Shown: positions 11,401 to 24,436 of the stretch, piece by piece
How the letters are laid out: every line of letters starts with the position of its first letter
How positions within the stretch are numbered: the stretch's first letter is position 1
Origin: Macrostomum hystrix
Lineage: Eukaryota > Animalia > Platyhelminthes
Direction: 5' to 3'
Length of the DNA stretch: 64,000 bases
Assembly (NCBI GenBank): GCA_950097015.1
Contig: CATNEN010000001.1
Location: 4,216,001 to 4,280,000 of the forward strand
Program-made: the position numbers and the translations under genes
The notes under the pieces: model-generated
Database searches by the model: none
Told to the model about the DNA's origin: nothing
What the model saw: the letters and a program-made list of their open reading frames with translations, nothing else

Positions 11401-13680
11401 TCTACATGAAAAAAAATCGATCCACTGATTTAGGGACCTTTCTAGTTCAAGAAGAAAGCTTGCAGCAATTTAACAGTTCGTGCAGGTACTTCAGCAGTAT
11501 GTGTCCCATTGTGTATTCAAATTCATGGAACAAATCCGAATTCAATCGAAATCGTAAGGTACATATTGGCATGTACTCAGGTTACGTATCGGCGTTTCAG
11601 GACGAAAAAATTTATAACCTTATTGGAGCCTACTCGGCGGTCACTACTTTTTTTAACAATAGCGACCCTTATAACTCAATTCGGACTGTTGGAATGCCGA
11701 CTTATCAAGCAACAGTTTATCCTGTTATCGGAATATTTATATTTGCGTTCTTGTTCTCCATAGTTCCCGTGACGTATATCAGCGATCCACTCGAAGACAA
11801 AGACTCGAAAGTTCGCTACCATCTTCGCTCGATGGGAATGGGCACCATTGGCTACTGGTTCAACACTTTCTTGCTCCACTGGTGCCAATACGCAGTGTTT
11901 GTCATTTTAGCAGCCACTCTGCATGCCGCCATTATTCCAAGCAACTATGGAAACACCTTTTTCCTCATCGGAATATTTCTTCCATGCCTATTTCTCGGCT
12001 GCACAAGCAACCAGCTGTCCGTCTATGCCATCGGAATGTTGTTTAAGAAGCCAAATCCTATCACTACTGTCATATACTTCTTTCTCATGATGTGGCTTAG
12101 CAGTGCTGTTTCAGCAATTCAGCTGAGCTACCTGGCAAGCATAATAATAATTTGGCTCGTACCTCCTTTCGCAACTGTTTCACTGGTCTACTTTGGTGTC
12201 AAGGTTTCTCTCTATGCTACTTCGTACTACGATCTTCAGGATGTCAGTCAGGTACCAAATCAGACAAGCATGTTCTTTTCGGATCCATGCGTGCTTCACT
12301 CATTTTTGGCAATGCTTGTGCACATTGTTCTGCTGGCTGCGTTCATTGCTGTCATGGAGAATCGGTCAGAAATTGCGTTTGCGTGCAGCAATGCCTGCAG
12401 GAAGAAAAGCATTCAGAATCAGATGCTAAACCAGAGCTCGGATGCAGGTGTGAAGCAGGAGATTGAGAGAGTCAATAGGAATTCTAGATGCTCAGAACAC
12501 GTGTTGGAGGTTCTCAATCTGGAGAAAAGGTATGGAAACGGAGTAATGGCTGTGAAAGGCGTGTCGTTTGGTGCCATCGCTGGGGAGATTTTTGGTCTCC
12601 TCGGACCGAATGGAGCCGGAAAGACAACAACGCTGGCCATTGCGGTGGGCGAGGAGGTGGCGACTAGCGGAAGCTGCGAAGTGTACTCCAATAACCAGTG
12701 GATGTCTGGGAGCAGTGCTGCAGTAAATGGTGCCGTTGGCTATTGTCCGCAGCACAACCCGTTGTTCGACAGCATCACAGTGGTTGAGCATCTTGAGTTC
12801 TATTCGAAAATTCGAGGTGTCGAATCTAGTGTCGCCGCAAAGCAGATCCCGAACCTTGTGAACGGACTGGGTCTGAGTGAGCACAGGTCAAAGCAGGCTG
12901 AGCAACTGTCTGGTGGTAACAAGCGACGCCTCTGCCTGGCCATTGCGCTACTTGGCAATCCGGCGCTAGTAGTGATCGACGAAGCTTCAACTGGCGTTGA
13001 CCCGGAGGCGAAGCGCTTGATCTGGAGCGCGATTCGCGGCATGGTCAATGAGCAGCGATCCGTGGTGGTGACCACGCACAGCATGGAGGAGGTCGAGGCC
13101 CTGTGCAGTCGTGTGGGAATCATGAATCAAGGCCACATGATCGCTTTCGGAACTATTCAACAGCTGAGGAGCAGGTATGCTTAGTTTTGTGTCCTCGATA
13201 ATCGAAATTTTCGAGTCCTTAAAATCGATTTCATAATTTTACATTTTATGCTAATTTTATGTTATGGAAGCATGGCACACAGCACAAGCATGAGTCATTG
13301 AGACATTTTTAAATCTCTTTAATTTCAGATATGGTCACGCCTATACCCTGGACGCTCTGGTTGACTTCGGAATCGAAGATGACGCTAACAGAGCGGAGGA
13401 GAAAAGACGCAAAGTGATCAACACCGTCATCGGAAAATTCCCGCTGGCAAAAGTTTCTGAAGAGCTGGCCAACCGCGTGCAGATTTTGGTGCCGCAGGAA
13501 TCTATCGGCAGCCTGTCGGAAGCCCTGGCGTGGCTAACTGCCCAGAAGTCTAACATGGGCATCCAGTATTTTACATTCTATCAAATGTCGCTGGATCAAG
13601 TGTTTGTTAGACTGATCAAAGAGCACGAGGACGTTAAAGGTCGCATCAACTCTGGATTTCGTTTGACCAGTGAGCTTTGA
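8464..13680 (+). CDS. ABC transporter subfamily A, full transporter (TMD-NBD-TMD-NBD); exons 8464-9988, 10105-13174, 13329-13680, about 1648 aa
   Basis: Two Walker A motifs (GHNGAGKTT, GPNGAGKTT), two signatures (LSGGQKRKL, LSGGNKRRL), Walker B motifs DEPTSGLDP and DEASTGVDP, and hydrophobic TMDs. Intron phases 1 and 2 are consistent. Confidence 0.93.
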
Positions 13681-16600
13681 AATAAGAAAATAACTATTCT
13701 GTGAACATCGCTGCGAAATCCCAAACTACACCAAAGTTTCCTCAACAATTACTAACGCAATAACCACCGAATTTGTTTTAAGTTTAAAGTTTTTAATTTT
13801 TTTAGTTTCGCACCTTTTTAATTTTTTTATTGGACACGGGGGCCCTCACTATATAGTCAAATATTTATGTCTCAAGTATATTCAGATACTATCACTGCAA
13901 TTTACCTTCAATAATTCCAGTACCTTGTGTGATATCTCTCTTCTTTAACTATCAGATAGTATTTTTTATCAAATTCCTTACTTATCTCAGATTTTCTATT
14001 CCGATTACCTTCTCAAAGACTGTTGTACTGTACAAAGGCAAGAAAACCCACATTTAGCTGAACAGCATTTGGAGAAATATTTCATCTAAAATCTCTAGCA
14101 TTGCTGATTCAAGATAACATTGTTTGCTAAGTTATTGCATGAAGAAAATACAGTACTTGATACTTCTACGTGCGAATTTTAGATAGCAGAGAAGCAGAGA
14201 AAGTTGCGAATTTTTTAGGAATGTTTTTTTAACGGATCAATGTGTTGAGACTTTTGAGACTTTTAGAGATTAGATATTTTACTGTATATATAACAATTTA
14301 TATAACAATTTGCGTGTGTGTACTGTGTGATTCTCTGTCTGTCAGCGAGATTTAATATTTTTTGTTTTATTTTCTAATGACTTACTGCAGACGTTTAAGA
14401 GATTCTACTTGAAACAAATACAAATATAAATATTCCGATATTCAGAGCGGATTGGAGCAGTTCTGATCTTCTGCATGCCGGTTCTGCATGAAAAAACCGT
14501 TACCCGTAACTCGTGCGATCTACAGAAGTATTAAGTGCTGCCCACATGCAATGGTACCGTTTAATCTCTCATATGTACTCAAGCAGCGATACCAATAGTG
14601 TACGTCATGTCACCTCTGCGCCTGATTGCCTTACCCTTAGTCAGTTATGGCAAAGAAAATGTAAGACTTGAAGCTACGGCCACGTGCTTGTTTTCGGCCA
14701 AAGGCTTTTTTCACCGTCGCAGCTAACTGTTACTCAGCATAGATATTCGCTTAGATTATATCCACAGATTATGAGCAGCCTCCAGGAAATCTGAGCGGTC
14801 AGTGCAGTCTAGGTACTGTGGGAGGGCTTGGGATTAGGGAAATTGCGGCTAACCATGCACACTCATTTACTCTAGCCACCCCTCCTCCTTCTCTCTATCT
14901 TTCCAGCTCTGACTGCGCACTTACTCACATTGCACACCATTATGCAATACCTTCGCTTCGGAGGAAGACTTGCAGACCATCGCTCTATTAAATGCTCCTA
15001 CGATGAGTTGAGCACAGTCCGACGAACAAATGTGGAGGTGTATCATCGTGGAACTCACCTAAAGCATCATCATGCTTTTCTGTTTAATTTGACAGCGAAA
15101 CACGCTATTTTTTTAATTCCTCAAAAGCTTAGACACTTAAAAAATTCCCCATCCTAACGTTAATTATGATAGGAAAAGTTAGCATTGTAAGACTGACTAC
15201 CTTTGCTCCACCCACTCCGCTTGGTTATTTTACCAATTTTATGTGCCATGCTACGAGAACCACAGGTAATCTTTGTTACTCAGTAATATGCCATTCAGCA
15301 ATAAATTAACTATCGAACTCCATGTCGCTCACATTTTAGCCCAAAAAATAGACAAAAGGAAAATCTCCAAGCGTAAATTTTTAATACCATTATTTAATTG
15401 TCTGCCCACAGCACCCAGACAGTCTGGGTCCTTTGGCGAAAAAGGATCACTCAGATTCGCAGATTTGCACTCTGTACTCTCACAGTCTCTTTCAAACGAT
15501 TTATGTTGCTTATCCTCTTCTTGTCGTAGACCTAAGTTTCAGTTAAATCTCAACATAATAATAAAAGTCCAAAATAACTGTCGTGCACGCAACTTCAACA
15601 CTGGGTGCACGGCAGTTACGCACTTTTAACTCTATTGTAGTAATGTTAAATTTAAATCGAAAATTTACGTCCATGCTTCGCTTTACATTAATTAAAAACA
15701 TATAAACGTGTTATAACAAGAGAAAAAAACAACGAAAGTACAGTTCATGCTAAACAAAAGTACATAAAACGTGATTTATTTCCAATGGTTGATAATTTAA
15801 ATTAGCGCCAAACAGGACATATAATAATCCGGCATCTAGCTACATAGCAAAGCGTATTTAATATGTACTTTATTAACCATTTCAAATTTCCCAGCTTAAA
15901 AAGCATACCTTATGTATGTATCACGTTTCACGTATTTCACGTGTATAGTGAAAACAATATATTCACTTTAATAATTCGATTCGGTACTGAACTCAAAAAT
16001 ATTTGTACACAGTGAACTTTGGACAGCTTTACGTAATAATTAATCGAATACCATTATCTCATTGTGACGTCGTTTGTTTTAATGTGTACTCAATTTAAGT
16101 TGTGGTATTAGAATGCATATTTTATAGAAATAGCTATAATTTCTCAGTTGATTTCCCAGATCATTTGGTTTTATTTAGTCGATTTCTTGATTTATTAGTT
16201 GTTATTGAAAGCAAAATTGCTGGTTTCAAGTTAAGAAGCTTAAGCTTTTGTGACTGCCGTTCACACAATAAGAACATTGGGTGAACGGCTGCCGTGCACG
16301 CGATTAAAACTTTAGGTGAACGGCTGCCCTGCACACAGGCTCTCCGATTTTTTATTCATTTATTTTAATTATTTTTAATAAAATTATTTTTATTTTATTC
16401 AGATTTATCCATTGTAAAAGGCTTCCAGTGGATAGGAGATTACGAATCAAATAATTTATTACTTTACTAAATCATCATATTTTCATATTACTTCCTTCTT
16501 ACTTAAAATTAATATCAGTTAATTTATATTTATTATTTTGTCAAATATTCTTTCAGCCTTTTTCTCCTATTCTCTTCCTTGTAACTTTTAATGATTCACT

Positions 16601-17562
16601 GAGACAAACACTTTAATCTATAATATAATATATAATCTATAATTTAACATTTAATTTATTATATGCTTTGCTAGCTTTATATATTTTATTAGTGAAATAC
16701 AAACTCTCTAAAATTCTGTTTTCAAGAAGAAAAGAGCGTGTATTTTACTATTTACATATAATTTTAAGGGGGTAGTAGAACACTAAAACGAATTGGAGGT
16801 GTACATACATAAACAAATAATAGATGCATAATGTTTTGAAAATTTACATTTTTAAATAGACTATTTTTATTGTTTGATATTTTTTATAAAGAAATAAAAA
16901 AAAGGTTAGCATAATTACTGCAAAATTAGCATAAGAAAGGTTTAGCATAATTAAGCTAGGTTAGCAAAAATAGATATAAACTCAAAGCTGTCATGCTTAA
17001 TCTTTGAATAAGTTTAGGCCTATTATGAAGGAAGTATTTTGTTTTCTTAAGAATTTCTAATATTTTTTGACAAATGTGAGTTGATATTTGTAAACACACA
17101 TTTTGCTGCTTATGTAAGAATGCTGCTAGGGCCTAACATAGCCTAGAATTCTAGGTCCAGTCTTATGAACACAAAAGCCAACTTTAAATTAAGCTAGGTA
17201 AAAGTTCTAGTGCCTAATTAGTTTAAATGTTATAAAAATAATTTTTACAAATACTTTTTAAAGCATAGGATTAACTTGGTATTCTTTTAAAAGTAACAAA
17301 AGTCATTGACATAGCATATTACAGTTCTATGGTTTTTTACTTGCTTTGGCCATTATTATTATTATGTAATATAGTTTTTGCTTATTTATACATAGCTAAA
17401 TGTGCCTATGAACCATTAGTTATATATATTGTATTGTAGAGCAAGTAAAATAAAGTTTGACAATCATATTTTAATATTTACTTTAAATGTGTTTTATTTT
17501 TTACTATTTGCAGCTTTTTAGGCTTCAGATTATAATCTGCTATACTACCTATAATTAGCAAA

Positions 17563-20500
17563 ATGGTTGAGCCAATGGTAGTTGACATTCTGCAGAATGT
17601 TGAACAAAATGAGAATATTGAACCAGCAACTGAAGCCATTGTGCACAATCCAAACCTTGATTTGGACACTATAGTTTCTAGCTACACTGGCTATGCTCGC
17701 TATCAGCGTCTAGTTTACATTGCTGATCATTGTCCATCACTGCGCATTCAGGCGCTTAGCATGACATTGAACTATTTAAAATCAGAAACAATGGACATTC
17801 AGGTATGGCAGTCAAATTGCTAGTGTGACAGAAACGTTTTTAGTACACATGATGTAGTTTTATTATAATTCCTATTATATGGACACTGTCAGTAGTATTT
17901 TAAGGTGAATACAAAATTTCAAATTTTACAACAGGCCTACATGGAGTGTCATAGGAAGCTAGCAGCTGCAGCTCCAATTGGTCAGGCACCAGCTCTAGAT
18001 ACTCAGTGGGTTGATGCCACAAGAAAGCGCGCTCAGTTAACTCTAGAAAAATTGGACGTAGAATTACGCTCCTCTAAGCAGAGCGCCATTAAGGAGAGCA
18101 TCCGACGAGGCCAAGACGAACTGGCTGTTCACTTCCTGCGCATGGGCGATCTGAGCAGTGCTTTGAAGAATTATAGCCGGACTAGGGAGTACTGCACTAA
18201 TCATTTGCAGGTAAGACTAGCGATTGCATTGTGTCTGCATTTTCAAATCTAACAGAATACTAATGTTAATTAGACAGAAACTATTGAGCTAATCGAAGTT
18301 AAGTAATGACTAAATTAAGGTTAAAGAGTATGTAGCTATGACCTAGTTATGGTTTGACAGTGTAGCTATGACCTAGTTATGGTTTGACAGTGTAGCTATG
18401 ACCTAGTTATGGTTGGACAGTGTAGCTATGACCTAGTTATGGTTGGACAGTATAGCTATGACCTAGTTATGGTTGGATAGTGTAGCTATGACCTAGTTAT
18501 GGTTTGACAGTGTAGCTATGACCTAGTTATGGTTTGACAGTGTAGCTATGACCTAGTTATGGTTGGACAGTATAGCTATGACCTAGTTATGGTTGGACAG
18601 TATAGCTATGACCTAGTTATGGTTTGACAGTGTAGCTATGACCTAGTTATGGTTGGACGGTATAGCTATGACCTAGTTATGGTTGGACAGTGTAGCTATG
18701 ACCTAGTTATATTATGACCTAGCTATACTGGTTGGACAGTATAGCTATGACCTAATTTAGCTAGGATATTATAGATATGGCCTATTTGAGTTAAGACAGT
18801 CTGGCTATAACCTTAACCAGCTTTAAATATAGGCCCAAACTTTGAGTTGCTTATCGTTCGAGAGCATAGGCGAGACAACTCTTCTACTATTTGATAAGTC
18901 AGAATTACTGCCTAAATGTCTAAGCTTCACTTGTCCTTCGCACCGCACCAATCACAGGAGTTGGACATGTGCCTAAATGTAATCCGAGTAAGCGTTTATA
19001 GTTGCAATTGGCAACACGCCAAGTCGCATATTAACAAATCTGAGACTTGCAGCGGTGCTGAGGTATCTAGGAGTTCTAGCGACGGCTGGTCCATGACTGC
19101 GCCAGCGCCAGGGTCAGCCGCGGCCCAAGCCTCCAAGCCGAAGGAGCGAGAAGGTGTGCACCTTTCAGTTTTATATAAATTGTTCGCTGCTTAACAGTAC
19201 GACTAGCGAAGCACTTTGCCGTCCCGTTTTTATACCAAGAGGCCAAACATGTTTTGGCAGCGCCCGAATGCTAACAGCGCTGGGTGTCGACTGATTGGTT
19301 GACAGACTACGCGAGGGGGTCCTGTGGTTGAGCTGAGTCTAATATTTTAGCCTTGATTAGTGACATTTTTGAGAAATTTGCCTAAGGGTAGGTGACCACC
19401 GAAGACGGAGATGATGCAGGCACATTCGGGTGACGTGCTGATCAATTTTAAAGGCCTGGCAAGTCCGCACTGAGGCGCAGTGCTAATTTGTGTTAATGGG
19501 TGTATGAAATACACTAGCGCCTATTGGAAAAATCAGTCCTTGAATATCTAGACGGTCTGATGAGCTGGCGACTTGATTCTTGTTTCAGAAGATGGCCCGT
19601 TTTCTCGAGTTTCGTGTGCTTGAATTACTCCATTCGGGTGCAGCACAAAACTGTCAGGGGGGAGAAACCTCCCTTGCTAGTTCTACTGTTACAGAAACCT
19701 ATTATTAAGTAGACTTTCGGAAGGTCGGTGGTAGAGCGGTTATCGCGCTCGCCTCTCGCACCGAGGTCCCTAAGTTCGATTCCACGGCGAGGCCACATTT
19801 ATTTGGGGCGCAGCCGCGGAGAGAAGGCTTGGGGGCTTGTCGTGCAATTTACGCCCTTGAGGGCCAACCTCCAAGGCACAGTGAAATGTACACTACTTGA
19901 CGATGAGAAAGTCCGGGCAGATGTACTTACCTGTGTGAGCTTATGGCTGCGTACAGTATCTGTGAGCGTGTGTGCTCAGGAGTCAGCGAAATGGGCAGAA
20001 TTGCCTCCTCGCTGGCTGCGGGTCTAGTGTCACTAAATGATTTGCCATCGCCCGCAGCTCTCCTGCAAGTATTATTATTATTATAAGTACACTTTCATAG
20101 TTATTAAATAAATAGAAATTTATTTTTTATAGGTGTTCAACGTAAGCTATCATTCGTCCAGGCTGCTGCTGGCCTTGTTGAACTAGCTGATTCGCGTTAT
20201 CGCACCGCTGCTAGACAATTCCTTGCTGTACAATTCGACTTCTTCAATTGTCCGGAGCTATTGTCCGCGGCTAACATTGCCACCTACGCTAGTCTGTGCG
20301 CTTTAGCTACTTTCGACAGGCAAGAAATGCGGCGATTGGTCATGTCAAGCGCAAATTTCAGACAATTCCTTGAGGCCGAGCCTGCCGTGCGAGATGTTGT
20401 CACAAGCTTTCATCAGGTCTGATATCTTCTTTAACTCACGCACTGACTTTGCGTGTCAAAATTGTCTTTTGGATATCCTACACATTTCTGTAGCTATCTA

Positions 20501-21852
20501 TAATGCCCTGCTAGATTGTCAGGCTATATCTGACACCCTGCTATATTGTCAGGCTATATCTGACACCCTGCTAGATTGTCAGGCTATATCTGACACCCAG
20601 CTAGATTGTCAGGCTATATCTGACACCCTGCTAGATAGTCAGGCTATATCTGACACCCTGCTAGATAGTCAGGCTATATCTGACACCCTGCTAGATTGTC
20701 AGGCTATATCTGACACCCAGCTAGATTGTCAGGCTATATCTGACACCCTGCTAGATTGTCAGGCTATATCTGACACCCTGCTAGATAGTCAGGCTATATC
20801 TGACACCCAGCTAGATTGTCAGGCTATATCTGACACCCTGCTAGATTGTCAGGCTATATCTGACACCCAGCTAGATTGTCAGGCTATATCTGACACCCTG
20901 CTAGATAGTCAGGCTATATCTGACACCCTGCTAGATTGTCAGGCTATATCTGACACCCTGCTAGATAGTCAGGCTATATCTGACACCCTGCTAGATTGTC
21001 AGGCTATATCTGACACCCAGCTAGATTGTCAGGCTATATCTGACACCCTGCTAGATTGTAAGGATATTTCTGAAACCCTGCTAGATTGTCAGCCTATTTC
21101 TGACACTCTGCTAGATTGTCAAGCTATATCTGACACTCTGCTAGATTGTCAGGCTGTTACTAACACTACTAGATTGTTATCAGTTTGTTGTATAATCACT
21201 TTATTACTGTTAAATCATTTTCATTTTACTTAAGTAGTATATATCGCATTTTCTAAAACATTTTTGTCAGGCAAATTACGCAGCCTGTCTAGCTGGGATG
21301 GATCGGCTGAAGTCCACCCTATTACTAGATCTCTACCTTGGCGTCCACGTTGAATCTCTATTCGCTGAGATTAGAAAGCGCGCCCTGACGCAATATTTCA
21401 GTCCGTTTGTTAGCGCGGATTTGGATAAAATGGCAGCCACTTTTGCTACCAGCGTTCCAGCTCTGGAGGATGAACTGATGCGACTCATTTTAGACAAGCG
21501 AATCGCCGCTCGCATTGACAGCAATCGTCGATTATTAGTTGCTAAGCAGGCCGATCAGCGCAGTGCTGTGTTCGAATCCGCTTTGCAAGCCTGTCGTGAT
21601 TGGAAGAGGCGAAATTCTGCCGCGCTTTTAAACCTGGCTATTAGTAAGGCTAATCTTTGTGTCACGGAATCGAACCCCGGCGGAGGGGCTGCCTGTGCCC
21701 CGGGTTCAGTAACTGCTGCTGCTGCTGTGCCTCATGCTGCTGCAGCTTCCTTTGCTCTGAATGCTGCCACAAACGCGTCCAATGTCAATGCGGCCTCGAA
21801 CCCGGCCGCCTCGGCGTCTAGCGGACCCTCTGGTGAGGGTATGCAGGCCTAG
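17563..21852 (+). CDS. GPS1: COP9 signalosome subunit 1; exons 17563-17802, 17935-18210, 18958-19153, 20133-20416, 21271-21852, about 525 aa
   Basis: CSN1 motifs [60 protein letters not shown] and the PCI end ARIDS. All GT-AG junctions are in phase. Confidence 0.95.
18331..18750. repeat. 30-bp minisatellite TGTAGCTATGACCTAGTTATGGTT(T/G)GACAG in CSN1 intron 2
   Basis: Direct tandem copies. Confidence 0.97.
19194..19689. mobile_element. Putative ~500-bp non-autonomous DNA transposon (MITE) flanked by TA, in CSN1 intron 3
   Basis: Ends ACAGTACGACTAGC and GCTAGTTCTACTGT are inverted repeats (12/14 match), with TA on both sides. Confidence 0.55.
19719..20083 (+). mobile_element. tRNA-derived SINE family A, full-length copy
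   Basis: A box TGGTAGAGCGG, B box GTTCGATTCC, (TTA)n tail, and a 13-bp TSD TAAGTA(G/C)ACTTTC at 19706-19718 and 20084-20096. Confidence 0.9.
20491..21180. repeat. 30-bp minisatellite AGGCTATATCTGACACCCTGCTAGATTGTC in CSN1 intron 4
   Basis: Direct tandem copies with an internal inverted CTGACA/TGTCAG. Confidence 0.97.
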
Positions 21853-21969
21853 AAGATGGTAGTTTAAACTATGCTGTGTTTGTATTCGTAATAGGACAAT
21901 TATGCTCTTATAGTCATTTCCCAAGAGTTTCATATAGTTTTTTCTATATAAAAATATTCCTAAGTCTAG

Positions 21970-22245
21970 ATAATAATAATTATTATTCTGGGAATAATTC
22001 TGCTCATTTCGCTGACTCTAGAGCACATTGAGTACACACAGGTGTGTACATCTGCCCAGACTTTCTCATCGTCAGGCAGTGTACACTTTCACTGTGCCTT
22101 GGAGGTTGGCCCTCAATGGCGTAAAATGCTCGACAATCCCTCAAGCCTTCTCTCCGCGGCTGCGCCCCAAATAAATGTGGCCTCGTCGCGGAATCGAGCC
22201 CAGGGACCTTGGTGCGAGAGGCAAACGCGTTAGACCGCTGTTACA
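21970..22245 (-). mobile_element. SINE family A copy lacking part of the 3' region
   Basis: Reverse complement of the 19719 copy body. Confidence 0.85.
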
Positions 22246-23216
22246 AACACTATAATTTTATGAGGAAATCGATTAAAGTAACCAACCTTGGTCTTTGCTT
22301 AGAAATCCAGGAAAATGTAAACAAATACACACATACGAATACTTAGTAAATGTTTTAAATAACACGGCCTTATTAGTTTATTTTCATTGATGCTGAAAGT
22401 GAATATCATTGTTACTCTATTTCACCGAATCCTATAAACCATTTCTGCTTATATGTTTTCTTTATGGCTATGTATTCGTGCAAAGTTAGTTACTACATTG
22501 GTTTATGTTTAATAAAAAATAAAAATGACTTCTCTTTTATCTACCAACAACACCCCGGTTCCTGTTAATTGCTTACTACTTAGCTTTCGATTGAAAAACA
22601 AATAATCATTAGTAGCATGTGTACCATATTAACGGATTTTCCGGTAGGATTTATCAAATATTTTCCTTCTTACACATGCACTTCTGTTACTCTCCCACTG
22701 TGCTATCCTATGATGACAGACAAACAAAAAAGTTATTACATTAAATTTAAATATACTGATACGATGAATTGTTGGCTTTTAAATTTGCCTCTGGATGATT
22801 TTCCTTTTACTTTATAAATAATTCCAGCCAATTTTTATCAATCTAAATTTCACTATAATATTCACCATCTACTACTAGATGTGTCTCACCCAATAAGTAG
22901 TACTATGAAGATTCTTATATCGAAAAATAGTTTTGATGTTTTTCATTACGTAACTATTTTCATTATATTTCAGCAATGCTTCATATGTCAAAAGAAAAAA
23001 ATTTGCTAACAAACTAAATTGAGAAACTAATAGTCAGCAAGAAGACAGCAGCATCAGCGCGTGCTTCAGTGCGCGCCGGTGCACGCCTACAGTCATTCTT
23101 CTGTTAGCTATTGCTTTGAATTCTTGTTTTCGACAGCCTACTACTTATTGTCAGTAGTAGTGGCTTAGTCTAGTCACTAATTTTCGGGTCTAACTTTCAA
23201 GACCATCAAAAGTAGC

Positions 23217-24405
23217 ATGAGCTTTTTTTCTAAGCTAGTTGGCGTCGGCAGCGGTTCTAGTAGCCAATCGAGTGCCGCCAGCTCAGCCCAGCGCACAGCC
23301 GGCTTATCGTCCGGTGCTTCGGCTGCCGATCAGGCCTTTGCGCGATACGCTGCGGCCGAGGGCGCGTCTGGCGTCGGCGGCAGCGGAGGATTTTCACCGA
23401 TGGAAGATTACAGCCTGGCTATAGCGCATCTAAAAAAATTGTTTGCCGACTTCAAGTCTAATGCTAGCCGAATAGGACCTGGAGAACAGGTAACTTTCAT
23501 AATCATCGGTTTGTTTGTTTCTATGAGCACTGTAGCTGGAGTGTCTATGAGCAGTGTAGCTGGAGTGTCTATGAGCAGTGTAGCTGGAGTGTCTATGAGC
23601 AGTGTGACTGGAGTGTCTATGAGCAGTGTGACTGGAGTGTCTATGAGCAGTGTGACTGGAGTGTCTATGAGCAGTGTGACTGGAGTGTCTATGAGCAGTA
23701 TGACTGGAGTGTCTATGAGCAGTGTAGCTGGAGTGTCTATGAGCAGTGTGACTGGAGTGTCTATGAGCAGTGTGACTGGAGTGTCTATGAGCAGTGTGAC
23801 TGGAGTGTCTATGAGCAGTGTGACTGGAGTGTCTATGAGCAGTATGACTGGAGTGTCTATGAGCAGTGTGAATCCATTGAGAGATTACGGAAGCCACAGT
23901 GACTATGCGTTTCGCATTGGAAGTAGTTTCTAAATGTGACTTTACTGTCAAACTGCTTTTAATTGTATCGAGAATTAAAATTCACACAACGATCTGCTCG
24001 TCCATCTCGCAGGCCAGTCGGCTGTACGTGATGCTGCCATTGTTCTGCAAGGTGTACAGTTCGCTGCCCAGCTCGGAACTGCCTACCAGCTTCCCAGATG
24101 TAGGCCAATTCTGCAGCTACACATCCAAGCTAATGGTGACAGAGATTAAAAAGCGAGCCAGCAACCAATCAACTGTTAATGCTTCGGCCGCTATTGTCGA
24201 CTTTCTAGAAGCCGACGCTCTCGACGAATCCAAATCTGGCGGCTGGATGCTGTTAACAACGCTTAACCTGTTAGCAACCGGCGGTAAACCGCTGATCGAA
24301 GCCATGACAGCATGTTCGCTGCCGTCAACCCTTGTCAAATGTCTGTATTTGTTCTTTGATTTGCCGCCTTTGCCAGAGAGAGTTGCGTCTCGCTCACCGC
24401 AGCAT

Positions 24406-24436
<31 letters not shown>

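Noticed and set aside
19545-19995. Hammerhead-like cores (CTGATGAG near 19557; TGACGA...CGAAA in SINE A)
   Set aside because: No stem II closing directly onto GAAA, and no stem I/III with a cleavage triplet could be built.
19995-20065. GCCTCCTCGCTGGC in SINE A matches the HDV ribozyme P3/L3 sequence
   Set aside because: The would-be P1' strand pairs downstream rather than with an upstream P1. No P1.1 GG or convincing P2 is present, and the 54-kb copy alters the loop. An Infernal/RNArobo scan would settle it.
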